From IMG/VR virus record IMGVR_UViG_3300015375_000848: a stretch of DNA of 64,000 nucleotides; one strand, 5' to 3'. Below the pieces are notes generated by a model. It ran no database searches. It had not been told where the DNA came from and was given only the letters and a program-made list of their open reading frames with translations. This document shows, one piece after another, positions 17,873-27,543 of the stretch (the first letter of the stretch is position 1; each line of letters opens with the position of its first letter). A program made the translations under genes and the position numbers. The stretch comes from an uncultured virus (IMG/VR IMGVR_UViG_3300015375_000848). Its lineage: Duplodnaviria > Heunggongvirae > Uroviricota > Caudoviricetes.

Positions 17873-19333
17873 ATGGCTAGTAAAAAACAACTTGAAAAAA
17901 AGTTAGCTGACTTGAGAGATTCTCTTGATGCAGTCCCCGATGAATTCAAAGCTGATATTCAAAAGGAAATTGACGAAACAGAGAAAGCTCTTGCTTCCGC
18001 CACTGACGATGACGAAGCAAAACCTAAACCCTCAAGAAAAGCTGAAAAAGCCCCTGAAAGCGGGGATGACTTTTTAAAGGCTATGCTTTCAACAATAGCT
18101 GCTCAAATGGCTGCTGGAGAAGGCACGGGAGTAGATAGCCCTACCGTTAGAGCCATAATTAAAGAGTATTTGGGTGCTGACAAAGTGAAGCTAAATGAGC
18201 TTGACAAGTCCGTGCTTGAAGAAATTAAAAAGAATCAGACTTTAATACTTTCAATACCAGCCTTCGGGAAAAAGATTGAAGTAAGTAAGGATATTTCAAT
18301 GATACCTAACTTCTTTGATATTATTGACGATGTATTTGCTGGAAATAACGTATACCTAATTGGAGAAGCGGGTGGTGGTAAGACCTACACCGCTGAAATG
18401 GTCGCTAAAACCCTTGAAAGGGAATATGTGACCTTAAACTGCTCACAGTATACTTCCCCCCTTGAAATTTTGGGTGGACAATCTATTGAGGGTTTTAAGC
18501 AAGGAAAGCTAATTGACTGCTGGAAAAACGGTAAAGTCCTGATTTTGGACGAAATGCCCAAGCTAGACGCAAATACAGCGGGTCTTTTCAACGATGCCCT
18601 AGCCAAGAGTAGTAAGACAAAACCAAAAGCAGAGGCTAAAATTAACTCTGCAAACGCTGAAGAGCCACCTATTGAGAGAAACGACAATTTTGCCGTTATC
18701 GCAACGGGTAATATCTACCCCAATGAGCCACCAGCACCCCAATATCGTGGTAATAACCAGCAAGACCTTTCTCTTTTAGACCGTTTTTCTGGTAGCGTTT
18801 ACTACACCGAATTTGACAATAATACAGACCAAAGGACTTGTAGGTTTCAATTCTTATATGACTTCCTAGTTGGAAATTATTATGAGTATATCAATGCTAA
18901 AAAGAAGGGAAACCCACTTCCAGCTCCTAGAGGTTTGAGGACTGTTATTGAGTCACTTAACCTTAAAAACCTAGCCCTTGTTTCTTATCGTACAAACATA
19001 TCTTTCAGAGTTGGTTTTGAATACCAGCTTGTAAGGGCTATTGCTAAAGCTGAAGGAGAAGAGGTTATGGAAATGGGTAAAACCTTATTGAAAACCTTTA
19101 AAAGCTATATGGTTGCATTTAAGGAAGGGTCTGATGCCTATAATAACATTATTCGCACCACAAAGTATACTGATGACTATGTGACTAATCTTGCGAATAC
19201 AGCTATTAGGGAAATTACTAAAGACAAGGACGGCTTCTTAAATTCTTTGACTGGCGTAGATAAGTCCCGTGCTAGCAACATATATCAGAGATACAGAGAC
19301 TTTTATGTAACTAACCCAACTATTAAAGGATAA
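17873..19333 (+). CDS. AAA+ ATPase (MoxR/CbbQ/CobS-like, AAA_5)
   Basis: Walker A GEAGGGKT, Walker B LILDE, IATGN, LDRF arginine finger. Confidence 0.9.
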   Translation: MASKKQLEKKLADLRDSLDAVPDEFKADIQKEIDETEKALASATDDDEAKPKPSRKAEKAPESGDDFLKAMLSTIAAQMAAGEGTGVDSPTVRAIIKEYLGADKVKLNELDKSVLEEIKKNQTLILSIPAFGKKIEVSKDISMIPNFFDIIDDVFAGNNVYLIGEAGGGKTYTAEMVAKTLEREYVTLNCSQYTSPLEILGGQSIEGFKQGKLIDCWKNGKVLILDEMPKLDANTAGLFNDALAKSSKTKPKAEAKINSANAEEPPIERNDNFAVIATGNIYPNEPPAPQYRGNNQQDLSLLDRFSGSVYYTEFDNNTDQRTCRFQFLYDFLVGNYYEYINAKKKGNPLPAPRGLRTVIESLNLKNLALVSYRTNISFRVGFEYQLVRAIAKAEGEEVMEMGKTLLKTFKSYMVAFKEGSDAYNNIIRTTKYTDDYVTNLANTAIREITKDKDGFLNSLTGVDKSRASNIYQRYRDFYVTNPTIKG

Positions 19334-19335
19334 TA

Positions 19336-20631
19336 GTGAATCCGAATCCGTCATATTATAAAAGAGAAACTTTAAGGGGAAGCAGCACAGCGTTTCTTTT
19401 TGATGGGCTTGACCTATACAATCGTTTTATTGACGATGTAGACCAAGCTGCACAAGGGAATGCAAGAAGGGGTTTGGACAGAATTAATAGCCCTAACTAT
19501 GTAAACGATAATGCCAGCAATCGTTGGTATGGCACAACTGATACTAGCTGGGCAAGTCAGCCTATAAGCACTTTTCTTTTTAATAATGAGCTTGATTCAT
19601 TTTTACAGTCTTTTAGAAATCAGACAGTTAATCTTGACGTAATTGATATTGACCAACAAAAAGCAATAAAATTTACTGAAAAGGAAATTGGTATTTTTTC
19701 TTTTGACCTTGCCAGTCTAGGACTTATCAAGGTGTTTGAGTTTTACAGCCCGTTGCTTGATAAAATAGTCAATCCTGATTTTGTAAGGAGCTATAAAAAT
19801 GATAAGGGAGAGCTTGTTTTTTACCACGTTTATACTCCGTATGTCCCCAAACATATTTGTAAGTATGATATTGACAAGAATGGTTACTACAGCAATATCC
19901 TAAAAAGGAATATCAATAAGTCAGAGCTGGTAGAGGAAATTACTGATAATGAAATTTCGCTTGTGTTTCCTGAAAGGAAAGAAGTGCCCCAGCACGATGT
20001 AATAAGAAGACAGCAAATAGGGGAAAATGGTAAGCCAAAATATGCTACCACTTTTAAAAAGTGCTTTATTGAGATACCAAAAATTGAAAAGCCACTTCCC
20101 AGAATAGATATTATAGTCCCTTCAACTTTTTCATCTGGAGTAAATGCTTCTACTGAAATGCTTTACTCTTCAATGGCAGCGATTACGCTTGCAGAAAAGC
20201 TGTCAAAGTCAGGGGTTAATTACAGAATTATTGCTTGTTATGCCGTGCAAACTACTGGGGCGGGAAGCTCAAAAAAAGTTTATCCTTTTGTAACATTGAA
20301 AAAAGAGGGAGAGCCTTTAGATAAGAATAAAATAGCAGTTTTATTAAGTGACGGAAGACAATTTAGGTATCGTCAATTCAAGGGCTTTTTTGCTGTTCAA
20401 TTTGACGCTGGGTATGATTCAAGTATTGACGTTGGGACTATAGGTAGACCAATAACAGACTCACAAGATATTAAGAGAGCCTATTTAGAAATGCTTTCAA
20501 AGTCTCCCAATCCAGAAGATAGGGCTGCTGCTGAAAAGCCGAATAGCAAAATTGTTTTAGATTTAGCTTTGTCAAGACAAGGAGCTGAAAATTCTTATAA
20601 TAACATAATCAGTCAAATAGCCAATTTATGA
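19336..20631 (+). CDS. Putative vWA-like partner of the AAA+ ATPase
   Basis: Directly downstream; C-terminal A...LAEKL..SG....I..LK...EPLD...A..L....FR pattern resembles phage CobT/vWA-like partners; MIDAS not evident. Confidence 0.5.
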   Translation: MNPNPSYYKRETLRGSSTAFLFDGLDLYNRFIDDVDQAAQGNARRGLDRINSPNYVNDNASNRWYGTTDTSWASQPISTFLFNNELDSFLQSFRNQTVNLDVIDIDQQKAIKFTEKEIGIFSFDLASLGLIKVFEFYSPLLDKIVNPDFVRSYKNDKGELVFYHVYTPYVPKHICKYDIDKNGYYSNILKRNINKSELVEEITDNEISLVFPERKEVPQHDVIRRQQIGENGKPKYATTFKKCFIEIPKIEKPLPRIDIIVPSTFSSGVNASTEMLYSSMAAITLAEKLSKSGVNYRIIACYAVQTTGAGSSKKVYPFVTLKKEGEPLDKNKIAVLLSDGRQFRYRQFKGFFAVQFDAGYDSSIDVGTIGRPITDSQDIKRAYLEMLSKSPNPEDRAAAEKPNSKIVLDLALSRQGAENSYNNIISQIANL

Positions 20632-20936
20632 CACCAGACCAGAAAAAAGCCATAGAAGAGTTAAGGATGCAATTCCACGAAAATTGCAAAATGTATACCG
20701 ATTACGGTAGTGACAAGATATGCAATTTTGAAGTCCTTATGAATGAGAGCAATCCTGAAGACACAAACATTACGGTAGCGGTAACGACTATAAGCGGAAT
20801 AAGCGACAATTTTCAGCCTTATATTAAAATAGTTAATTTAATGGTTGAGCCAGATGGCACACAGTTTAATATGTCGGATGTATTTCCTCAAAGTAAGGTA
20901 GTTGCATATGTACAATCATTGAAAAAAATATCTTAA
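20628..20936 (+). CDS. Hypothetical protein
   Basis: Translationally coupled ORF. Confidence 0.7.
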   Translation: MTPDQKKAIEELRMQFHENCKMYTDYGSDKICNFEVLMNESNPEDTNITVAVTTISGISDNFQPYIKIVNLMVEPDGTQFNMSDVFPQSKVVAYVQSLKKIS

Positions 20937-21526
20937 TGGGAAAATTATTGACCATATTAGGTGCTGACGAAAATATCCAAAAGACCCTCCCAGCTGATTT
21001 ATTTCAGGCTGAAAAGGTCATTGTTGGTCTTCAAGAGATTTATTCAAATGCTCCAGATAGCCCTAAAAAGAATCAGCTTGCAATAGCAATATCTGAAGCG
21101 GTCAGAGTTATGATGGCAAGGCTAAACCCTTATTTAGTTAAGGAAGAGACGGAGGAAAAAACTGAAGAGGAAGATAAAAAACTTCCAGACGAAGAAAAGC
21201 CAGTGCCTAAAGTTAGAAGGGAGCAGCCAACGCCTCCTATGCCCCCTGAAATACCTGAAACGCCAAAGGACAAGCCTGAAGACCAGCCAAAGCCAGAGGA
21301 CGAAGAGCCGAAGCCTAAAAAGGATAAGCCTAAAGGTCAGCCTCCAGCCCCCCCACAGCCCCCACAGCCAAACCCACACAAAAAGGTAGAGGAAGAGCCG
21401 ATGAGCTGTGAGGAAATAAAAGCAGCTATTAACGGTCTTACCCTATTGGCTAAAATGGGCGATTCCGAAGCAAAAGAAATTGTAAAAGTTTTAAAAAATA
21501 AATACAAAACCCAAAATTGTAAATAA
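20936..21526 (+). CDS. Pro/Glu/Lys-rich linker protein with conserved C-terminal tag
   Basis: Long P/E/K linker; C-terminus aligns with that of 16395. Confidence 0.75.
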   Translation: MGKLLTILGADENIQKTLPADLFQAEKVIVGLQEIYSNAPDSPKKNQLAIAISEAVRVMMARLNPYLVKEETEEKTEEEDKKLPDEEKPVPKVRREQPTPPMPPEIPETPKDKPEDQPKPEDEEPKPKKDKPKGQPPAPPQPPQPNPHKKVEEEPMSCEEIKAAINGLTLLAKMGDSEAKEIVKVLKNKYKTQNCK

Positions 21527-21527
21527 A

Positions 21528-23201
21528 ATGGCAACTGCATTAAAATTAAAAAGGGATATAAATAAGCTCAAAGCAGCTATAAGAAGCAAGGCTACCCCTC
21601 AAAGCTATGTCCCCAAGCTCAAGGCACAACTCCAAAAAGCTGAAGCTGATTATGAAAGCGTAAAAGCTGGTAAGAAGTCAGCTCCTAAAGCTAGCAAGCA
21701 AGTAAAATCTACACTGGATAAGCTCAAAGCGATTATCAAAAAGAAAAAGTATGGGGCTTATCGTGCTCAAGGTGTAGACCTTGAAAAAGATGCAGACAGA
21801 CCAGCATTAAGAAGCGGTAAAAGGACTTCAAAAAGTGGCAATACTTACTACGAATACCGTGCAAACCGTATTGACGTTAAGCAGCCTCCGAAGCGTTACC
21901 CTAAACTGGAAGACGGTGGAATGATGGCTGAAGGTGGAGAAATTCCAAAAAATATATTAGAAAATGCAAAAAAAACAGCATTAAGAGATGGATACGACCA
22001 ATACATAGTTTATGATGATAATGGTTTTGGTTTTGGAAGAAAGTATGAAGATTGGTCAGATATTAAAGGATTAGTTGCTAAAGTAACAACACACTATGTA
22101 AATGGTGTTAAAAATGTAAAAGTTGAAAAGATAAAATCAAAATATGCTGGCGGTGGTAGAGTTATGCCTTTTTTAAAATTTGAATATGCTACTGAAGCAA
22201 GAAAAAAATTAGATAAAGGTCAACTTCCCGTATTTGATGGTGGAGCAGGTTTTGATTATTTAGAAAAAGAAAAAAAGCTATATTATCTTCCTTCTGTAAC
22301 TGGGGATTGGCAAGAAGTAGGCGAATTTAAAAGCAAAAAAGAATCTATTGATTGGCTTTCAGACCAACTAAAAATGCAAAGTTTTGCTGAAGGTGGCACT
22401 ATTGACAACAGCGGTATGACCCCAGCAGACTTGCAAAAACAAATCTGGAATCTTACGGCTAGGATAGCCAAGCTAGGGGACATTGAATCACGGGCAGCTA
22501 GTGATGAAATTGAAATGCTGATGAAGCAAAGGAAAAAACTTCAGTCTATGGCACTTAATCACGGGGACGTGGTTATGGCTCAAGGCGGAGAATTACACCG
22601 TAGTCAAGAGGAAAAATTTAAGTATGGTGGCTATATGGCTGAAGGGGGTGTTATTGAGCTTAAAAGCGTAGGGACATATTTTAGACCCTCTGATTTAGCT
22701 ACTTCAACTGATGGCACATTTAGTGAAGACGATATGTTCTATTTAAGTGATATTGATAATTACGAATGGTGGCACGGGCTATCAAAAGAGGACAGAGCAA
22801 GGATTGAAGAGCATTTTGACGTTGACAAACATTTGATGGATAAATTTGAAACTACAGATTTAGACACCTATCATAAAGAGGCAAAGGAGTTTTGGGAAAA
22901 TAAAAAGGAAATGAAGGGTGGTGGTTATATGGCGGGGGGTGGAAAGTCAGACGAAGAAAACCCTTTTGTAAAGAGGTGGGAAAAATTTGCTCAAGATGTA
23001 TTACTTAATAAAAAAATAGTTAAGGTAAGATACTTAACAAATGAGGAGCAAAAAAATTTAGGCTGGTATAGAAAAGCAGTAGTTATTCAATTACAAGATG
23101 GCACACTGTTTTTCCCTTCAGCAGACGATGAGGGTAATGACGCTGGTGCTATATTTTTTCAATCAAAAGACTATCCAGAGGGCATATTGCCAGTTATCTA
23201 A
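21528..23201 (+). CDS. Modular GG-motif protein (basic N-terminus, GKRxSKSGxxYYEYRANR domain)
   Basis: Nine xxxGG motifs (LEDGG, MAEGG, YAGGG, FAEGG, MAQGG, FKYGG, MAEGG, MKGGG, MAGGG) separate short domains. Confidence 0.8.
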   Translation: MATALKLKRDINKLKAAIRSKATPQSYVPKLKAQLQKAEADYESVKAGKKSAPKASKQVKSTLDKLKAIIKKKKYGAYRAQGVDLEKDADRPALRSGKRTSKSGNTYYEYRANRIDVKQPPKRYPKLEDGGMMAEGGEIPKNILENAKKTALRDGYDQYIVYDDNGFGFGRKYEDWSDIKGLVAKVTTHYVNGVKNVKVEKIKSKYAGGGRVMPFLKFEYATEARKKLDKGQLPVFDGGAGFDYLEKEKKLYYLPSVTGDWQEVGEFKSKKESIDWLSDQLKMQSFAEGGTIDNSGMTPADLQKQIWNLTARIAKLGDIESRAASDEIEMLMKQRKKLQSMALNHGDVVMAQGGELHRSQEEKFKYGGYMAEGGVIELKSVGTYFRPSDLATSTDGTFSEDDMFYLSDIDNYEWWHGLSKEDRARIEEHFDVDKHLMDKFETTDLDTYHKEAKEFWENKKEMKGGGYMAGGGKSDEENPFVKRWEKFAQDVLLNKKIVKVRYLTNEEQKNLGWYRKAVVIQLQDGTLFFPSADDEGNDAGAIFFQSKDYPEGILPVI

Positions 23202-23217
23202 AATATAAAAAATTTAT

Positions 23218-25221
23218 ATGAAGCTGTTTACAAAAGATATAGATAAAAAGCTATTTGCCCAGTATGATTTAGGTGCAAACCTTGAGACACAAAAGGTAAT
23301 AGCTAAAATCTTTAACCCTTACGGGCGTGGGACTTGGTATATTATCAATTCCGACCCGTCTGACCCTGACTACTTATGGGCAATCGTTGACCTATTTGAA
23401 GTAGAATCTGGAAGTGTAAGCCGTAGTGAGTTAGAAAGCCTTAAAGTGCCCCCTTTTGGTCTCCACTTGGAAAGAGACTCTGGCTTTACTCCAATAAATG
23501 CTGCTGAATTATACAAAGGGCTTTTAGCTGGAAAACACTATAAAGAGGGCGGGGAGACAGAGCAAAGTGAAAACAAAGAAATGATTTTAAGTCAGGCTGA
23601 AGAGCTTGAGCACCACGTTGAAGAGTTTGAGGAAGCAGCCAAAAAATCTAGCCACGTCCCAGCTTGGATAGTTGCGAAAGTAGAAAGGGCAGCAACGGAT
23701 ATGAGTGATGCAGCACACTATCTTGATGCTCAAAATGAGCTTAAAAGGGAAGAAAAAGAAGGGGAAGAAGAGTATGCTTTAGGCGGAGAGGTAAAATGGC
23801 AAGAAGCAGATTTCGGGGATAGTGCCTTAGTCATTTCCGAAAACAAAATGGGTATTATCATGAAGCCCTACGGTCGGAAATTCCACTTGAAGTTCGTTGA
23901 CGGTACAGAAAAGACCTACGATGCCAATGACCTGAAGTTTTTTAAAGATATGGATGAGTTTGATTTGGGCGGGAAAATGACTGACGGGGGCAAATTAAAA
24001 AATGGTAAGTATAAATATGAGAAAGGGGATGAAGGTATGTATGAGGGAGCTGAAGTTAGAGTAGTAAAATTGCATATTGGACTTAACAGATATGAATACA
24101 ACATTTTAGATGAAGACGGTAATGTTATAACTCACGGTGCAGCACCGAAAGAAAAGTTTGAAAGAAAATTCGCATATTTTCCAAAAATGGCTAAAGGTGG
24201 AATGATGGAAAACGGTGGGAGTACATCTTCTCCGAACAGTGAATTTATGAAATGGTTTGTTGATTGGTCAAAGGGTGTTAATAAATACGTTTATGTATCA
24301 ATAACCAAGCCAAATGAGTTTTCATCTCCAGTAAAAGACGATAGTGGTAAAATTGTTATACTAGACGTGATTGAGAAAAAAGGAGATACCGATGCAAAAA
24401 AATACATAAATGAAATGTTGAAAAAAGCCGATGAATTTGGAGTGTCAATTTATTTGCAGCCTATACCAAGAACACATAATTTGAAATCTCAAGAGCATAA
24501 AGACAAAATCACGAAAGATTATCTGGTAAAATACTATCAGAAATTCGGTTTTGAAAACACGGATGGTGGGTTTATGGTTAGAGCACCTAAAATGGCTTCA
24601 GGTGGCTCATTAAAAAAAAGGTCTGAAAGAGATAGTATTAGGTTATCTAAAGAGTATCAAAAAGTTTTAGATAGTAATTTTGATGACAAAGTTTATGAGA
24701 AGTATCAAAAACTTGTAGAGGAAACTCAAATACCAAAACAAGATTTACAAAAAATTGAGCATTATGTAAGTATCACACCAAAAGGTAATAGGAGAGATAT
24801 AGATATTTATAGGTATTGGGGGGTAAATAAAATGGCTGAAGGTGGAGAGTTGTCAGCAAGTGAAATAAATGCAACAAAAGCTGAAAAATGGTGGGATAGA
24901 TTAAAACAATACGAAAGAGAACAATTATCTAAAGAATATAAGGAGCTTGAACACGAAACATTTGAAGAATGGGTTTCAAAAGTTTATGCAGCAAAGAAAA
25001 AACGAAAATTTGAGGGAGGCGGAGATGTCAAATTCAAGGACAAGGTAGCCTCAATTAAAGCCAGCCTTCTCAAACGCAAGAAAGTGCCAAAAGCCGTCCA
25101 AAAAGACTACGGCAAGACTTTCTCCCCAGCTGAAGCAGAAGACTCCGCAAAACGCATCGTAGGAGCCCAAACAGCACGGGAAAGGCTCATGATGCGGATT
25201 AAATCTAAAAAGAAGAAATAA
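23218..25221 (+). CDS. Modular GG-motif protein: DUF2958 + SH3-like + GNAT-like + basic tail
   Basis: K.FNPYG.GTWY..D..E.G.VS.SEL..ERD (DUF2958); AD..GV.I.L.P..LVKYY.KFGF..M.R.P (GNAT-like); nine xxxGG motifs. Confidence 0.8.
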   Translation: MKLFTKDIDKKLFAQYDLGANLETQKVIAKIFNPYGRGTWYIINSDPSDPDYLWAIVDLFEVESGSVSRSELESLKVPPFGLHLERDSGFTPINAAELYKGLLAGKHYKEGGETEQSENKEMILSQAEELEHHVEEFEEAAKKSSHVPAWIVAKVERAATDMSDAAHYLDAQNELKREEKEGEEEYALGGEVKWQEADFGDSALVISENKMGIIMKPYGRKFHLKFVDGTEKTYDANDLKFFKDMDEFDLGGKMTDGGKLKNGKYKYEKGDEGMYEGAEVRVVKLHIGLNRYEYNILDEDGNVITHGAAPKEKFERKFAYFPKMAKGGMMENGGSTSSPNSEFMKWFVDWSKGVNKYVYVSITKPNEFSSPVKDDSGKIVILDVIEKKGDTDAKKYINEMLKKADEFGVSIYLQPIPRTHNLKSQEHKDKITKDYLVKYYQKFGFENTDGGFMVRAPKMASGGSLKKRSERDSIRLSKEYQKVLDSNFDDKVYEKYQKLVEETQIPKQDLQKIEHYVSITPKGNRRDIDIYRYWGVNKMAEGGELSASEINATKAEKWWDRLKQYEREQLSKEYKELEHETFEEWVSKVYAAKKKRKFEGGGDVKFKDKVASIKASLLKRKKVPKAVQKDYGKTFSPAEAEDSAKRIVGAQTARERLMMRIKSKKKK

Positions 25222-25763
25222 TGGCTAAAAGTAACGACCAGATAATATACGATGTTGCAATTTCAGAGGGCTTTAACCCTACAGCTGCTAAATTAATAGT
25301 GGCTCAAGCCCGTTTTGAAAGTGCTGACTACTCTTCAAACGTTTTTCAGAAGAACTTGAACACAAGCGGTATGAAATACATCGGTCAGCCCCTTGCCAGT
25401 AGAGGTACTCCTGCACCCGCAAATGAGCAGAGGTGCGGAGGAGGTTGTGATAGCGATTATTATGCCAAGTTCAGGTCAGTAGAAGATAGTGCAAGAGACA
25501 AGATTTCTAGGCTGTATAATATAACTATGAGAGGGGTAACGCCACAACAGCTAAAAAATGTTCAAAATGCTGATGAGTTTGCTAAATTATTAAAACAGCG
25601 TGGCTATTATGGTGCTCCCGAAAGTCAATATGCAGCTGGCTTAAGAGCTAAACTGCTAAGAGTACAAATAGTTGAATTTGTAACTAAAAACAAAAATACG
25701 CTGTTAATTGGGTTTGGGCTTTTAGCTATTGCTGGAGCTTATTATTTTTATTCAAAAAAGTAA
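25221..25763 (+). CDS. Membrane-anchored lysozyme-fold muramidase/glucosaminidase (GH73-like)
   Basis: AQARFES, N..GMK, YA.F.S..DS, LK..GYY; C-terminal TM followed by KK. Confidence 0.8.
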   Translation: MAKSNDQIIYDVAISEGFNPTAAKLIVAQARFESADYSSNVFQKNLNTSGMKYIGQPLASRGTPAPANEQRCGGGCDSDYYAKFRSVEDSARDKISRLYNITMRGVTPQQLKNVQNADEFAKLLKQRGYYGAPESQYAAGLRAKLLRVQIVEFVTKNKNTLLIGFGLLAIAGAYYFYSKK

Positions 25764-25767
25764 CTAA

Positions 25768-25923
25768 ATGAAGCTTAAAAATATTGTAATCGTTGTTGTT
25801 TTAGCTGCAGCTGGATTTGCAGTTTATAAAATGATGAGAAAGAAGAAAAAAAGTAAACTTATAAAAGACAGAGGTTTCGAGTTTGAGGTAGAAGATGATG
25901 AAACTGAAGAAAACGATGACTAA
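25768..25923 (+). CDS. 51-aa N-anchored membrane protein (basic then acidic tail)
   Basis: Manual translation MKLKNIVIVVVLAAAGFAVYKMMRKKKK...DD; its TAA overlaps the next ATG. Confidence 0.7.
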   Translation: MKLKNIVIVVVLAAAGFAVYKMMRKKKKSKLIKDRGFEFEVEDDETEENDD

Positions 25924-26651
25924 TGGCTAATTACACTGTTATAAGAGTTAAAATACCAGATTTGCCTAATCCTTTTAGGTCAGGTAGAATAAATTATTCT
26001 AACCCCTCTGAAAAGCAAGCTAACGCTGGGATGATTCGTGATATTAATTCTAAATATCAGTCTCAAATAAATACTTGGGGTCAGCTTTTTCAAATACCCA
26101 ATTCAGTAATTGTTGCTTTTATAGCTACTGAAAGCGGTGGCAGAATGCTAAAACCAAATGTGTTTAAAGCAACTGGTTTGATGCAAGTAACCCCTAGTGC
26201 CGTGTGGGAATCTGTTAGAAAATGGCAGCCAACTGTTTCAAGCCCTCTACCCAATCAGGCTGTTCAGTATTTAAATAGGTTTGTCCCTGAAATATTTACT
26301 TCTAAATCCGCAACAGTACCGTCAGCAACACAAAACAAATTATTAAGCCTACTTGAAAAAGATGCTAATTTCAATATTATGGCTGGCACTCTTCTTCTTC
26401 GTTGGCTTTTAGAAAGATTCAGTACTCAAGCTACTGGCGGGCAACTTAACAAGGCTATGGTAGCCTACAATGCTGGGGCTTATATTAGAGTATTAAATCC
26501 TCAAGGAGCTTCAAATCCAAATAAAGTGCCAATTGACACTACTGCCCTTGCACAAAACAGAAACGTTCCTTCAGAAAGCCGAGCTTACTTATACAAGATG
26601 TTAGGTAAAGACGGGTTTCTTTCATTAATCGTAAAAGATAGAGTCATATAA
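25923..26651 (+). CDS. Soluble lytic transglycosylase (SLT/GH23)
   Basis: ATESGG, GLMQV, NI..GT..L, AYNAG. Confidence 0.9.
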   Translation: MANYTVIRVKIPDLPNPFRSGRINYSNPSEKQANAGMIRDINSKYQSQINTWGQLFQIPNSVIVAFIATESGGRMLKPNVFKATGLMQVTPSAVWESVRKWQPTVSSPLPNQAVQYLNRFVPEIFTSKSATVPSATQNKLLSLLEKDANFNIMAGTLLLRWLLERFSTQATGGQLNKAMVAYNAGAYIRVLNPQGASNPNKVPIDTTALAQNRNVPSESRAYLYKMLGKDGFLSLIVKDRVI

Positions 26652-26685
26652 ATTCAAATTCAATAAAAATTAAAAACCAAAAAAA

Positions 26686-27261
26686 ATGAGCAAACATCAA
26701 CAAAAAATCAATGAGTTCGGAGGTATTGAAAACTTTTCAAAAGGAATCAAAAACCTAGTCAGAGATTACAAAAACGCAGAAAAATATCTTCAAGAGCAAA
26801 AGGAAAAGTTAGAGACTGCTTCCGAAGATGAGAGAGAAGCTATCGAAACTGAAATTGAAGAAACTGTAGCTGCTTTACAAGAGGGTGATGAAGAAATCGT
26901 AAAAAAGGTTGAAAGCTACATTCGAAACAAAGATGGTTATGAAGAAAGAATGAGAGCTATGCGTGCCAAGCGTGATGCTTCGTATGCTGAAAAAGGACTT
27001 CCCCCAGTAGTATACAAGGAAAAAGAAAAAAAGGCTGCTGCTCCAGTTGTGCAAACACCAGCACCTACTGTCGTTGAAACTGCAGCTAGTAATGGAGAGG
27101 CTGTTATCACAAAAGCTGGAGGTGGTGAAACACAAATTTTAGCAGCCCAGCCAATTGTAGAAGAGAAAAAGGAAGAGGGATTGGGCAATTTAATATTTTG
27201 GGGAGCTCTCGGGTTTGCGGGAGTTTTAATTGGAGTAAATTTATTTAAAAACAGAAATTAA
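26686..27261 (+). CDS. Coiled-coil, C-terminally membrane-anchored virion protein
   Basis: Coiled coil, P/A/T linker, C-terminal TM. Confidence 0.7.
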   Translation: MSKHQQKINEFGGIENFSKGIKNLVRDYKNAEKYLQEQKEKLETASEDEREAIETEIEETVAALQEGDEEIVKKVESYIRNKDGYEERMRAMRAKRDASYAEKGLPPVVYKEKEKKAAAPVVQTPAPTVVETAASNGEAVITKAGGGETQILAAQPIVEEKKEEGLGNLIFWGALGFAGVLIGVNLFKNRN

Positions 27262-27542
27262 TGGCATATCGTATTAAGCCATATACTTACAGCCAAGCTA
27301 AAAAGCACGGGGTAGTTGTTAAGCCCAGTAAAACAGAAGGCAAAAAAATTGATGTCTTCAACTCTAAAGGAGAGAAACTTGCCTCAATTGGGGCTATTGG
27401 GTATGGTGACTACCCTACTTTTATGGCTCAAAAAGGTAAGGAATTCGCTGATGAAAAGCGAAGACTATACAAAATGAGACATGCAAAAGATAGGATTGTA
27501 AGAGGTACGGCTGGTTGGTATGCTGATAAACTACTTTGGTAA
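27261..27542 (+). CDS. Tlr6F/DUF5754-like small basic protein
   Basis: PS....KK.DV..GA.GY.DY....RR.LYK.RH..D....G.YA..LLW (recalled family motif). Confidence 0.7.
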   Translation: MAYRIKPYTYSQAKKHGVVVKPSKTEGKKIDVFNSKGEKLASIGAIGYGDYPTFMAQKGKEFADEKRRLYKMRHAKDRIVRGTAGWYADKLLW

Positions 27543-27543
27543 T

